Shown here: positions 63,070 through 64,000 of the stretch, one piece after another | How positions within the stretch are numbered: position 1 is the stretch's first letter | How the letters are laid out: the number at the start of each line of letters is the position of its first letter | Source: Phoronis australis | Taxonomy: Eukaryota > Animalia > Phoronida | Length of the DNA: 64,000 nt | Assembly: GCA_002633005.1 (NCBI GenBank) | Contig: NMRA01000200.1 | Location: forward strand, 592,527 to 656,526 | Direction of reading: 5' to 3' | Made by a program: the position numbers and the translations under genes | The notes under the pieces: model-generated | Told to the model about the DNA's origin: nothing | Database searches by the model: none | The model's input: the letters and a program-made list of their open reading frames with translations, nothing else

Positions 63070-63145
63070 GGATGGGGGAGGAGAGGATGGAAAGGGGGAG
63101 GGAAGAGGAGAGGATGGAAAGGGGGAGGGGAGAATAGGAGAGAAC
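63070..63145. repeat. Polypurine (GA-rich) simple repeat
   Basis: ggagaggatggaaagggggaggg twice, plus G runs. Confidence 0.7.
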
Positions 63146-64000
63146 ATCAGCGTGACGACAGAGAGTAGGAAGATATTACAGTCCCCAGACTTCTAGCTTA
63201 GGGGCCCCAAGGCTCTTAATCTGAAACTGTACGTATCGAACAGTGAAACTTAACACATTAACTGCAATCTCCACAAATAAAACGTTTTATGTCAAAATAT
63301 AATATCAATGAAGTGACAAATTTGGATTGAAAACATAAGAAGAGTATGCTGCCCATACAATGTAAATAAAATTTGGTTATGTCTGTAAACATCACACTGT
63401 TAACGCGCTCTCATAGCGCGTTTCTTGCTTCGAGCACATTACATAATTTTGTTGTCATGGAAAATAAAAAAACGCAACAAGATATCGTCAGAAAAACACC
63501 AGGTGCTTTATTAAGCTCTGTATGTTCTGCTGAAACAAATTTCAATATAAACTGCTGAAAGTAACGTCCTGTGTATAAAATCTTTTTTAAAGATATTCGT
63601 ATAATTGAAAGTATGAGAAGTCATTACAGGCTAGTTTTAACATGCTTTGCAAAAGAAAGGATCAAGTTCGTGAATCCACAGTCGGGTATCGTTTGTCCAC
63701 CGCTGTATGGGGTCCGTCAGTATGGTTACTAATAAACAATCGATGCACAACCAATAAAAGGATGACGCAATACTGTGATTAGAAATGCAATCTCTCTGAC
63801 ATGAAAGTTGCGTGAATTAGCCACTAAAACTTTCAGCAACACACAAAAATCCTCCACTTCTGTGCCACGAGGTTTCCAGAAATCACACTCATTTAGAACC
63901 AGGAACTAAGTGTTGAACTAATTTGAAATAGCTGGCTCAATTTTGAAGGTTTATTGATTTAAAAGTAGTTATCATATCATAGAGCTGCCTAAGTTAGTGC

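Noticed and set aside
63730-63790. Promoter (ccaat + tgacgcaa)
   Set aside because: No associated exon is visible in the window, and short motifs like these are expected by chance.

Overview
This is AT-rich eukaryotic DNA from an invertebrate bilaterian draft assembly (N gap 22699-22839, single-n joins at 27341 and 58367); it is not prokaryotic. The dominant feature is an agrin orthologue on the minus strand. I reconstructed 29 coding exons by hand (48445 down to 683, 4925 nt, about 1641 codons, every GT-AG junction phase-consistent): signal peptide+NtA, follistatin/Kazal FS1-7, acidic SGSGSG GAG site, FS8, Cys-rich module, 2 laminin-EGF, FS9, S/T/P-rich region, LG1, EGF, LG2, EGF, LG3, with the 3' end beyond the left edge. 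Two structures inside the gene stand out. (1) Intron 7 holds a ~6-kb array of ~800-bp units; each of the 8 visible units carries a frame-preserving, phase-1/phase-1 candidate mini-exon with a GC donor, encoding an N-sequon plus Thr-rich peptide. (2) An 88-bp tandem array re-copies the 3' end and donor of exon 28 into the intron equivalent to the vertebrate z/B splice site, and the three inner copies differ only at synonymous positions. Upstream of agrin are a degenerate C-type lectin locus, several MITEs, a Kolobok-like remnant and a decayed AcademX-like transposon with a probable solo LTR. All coordinates were read by eye; no searches were run.
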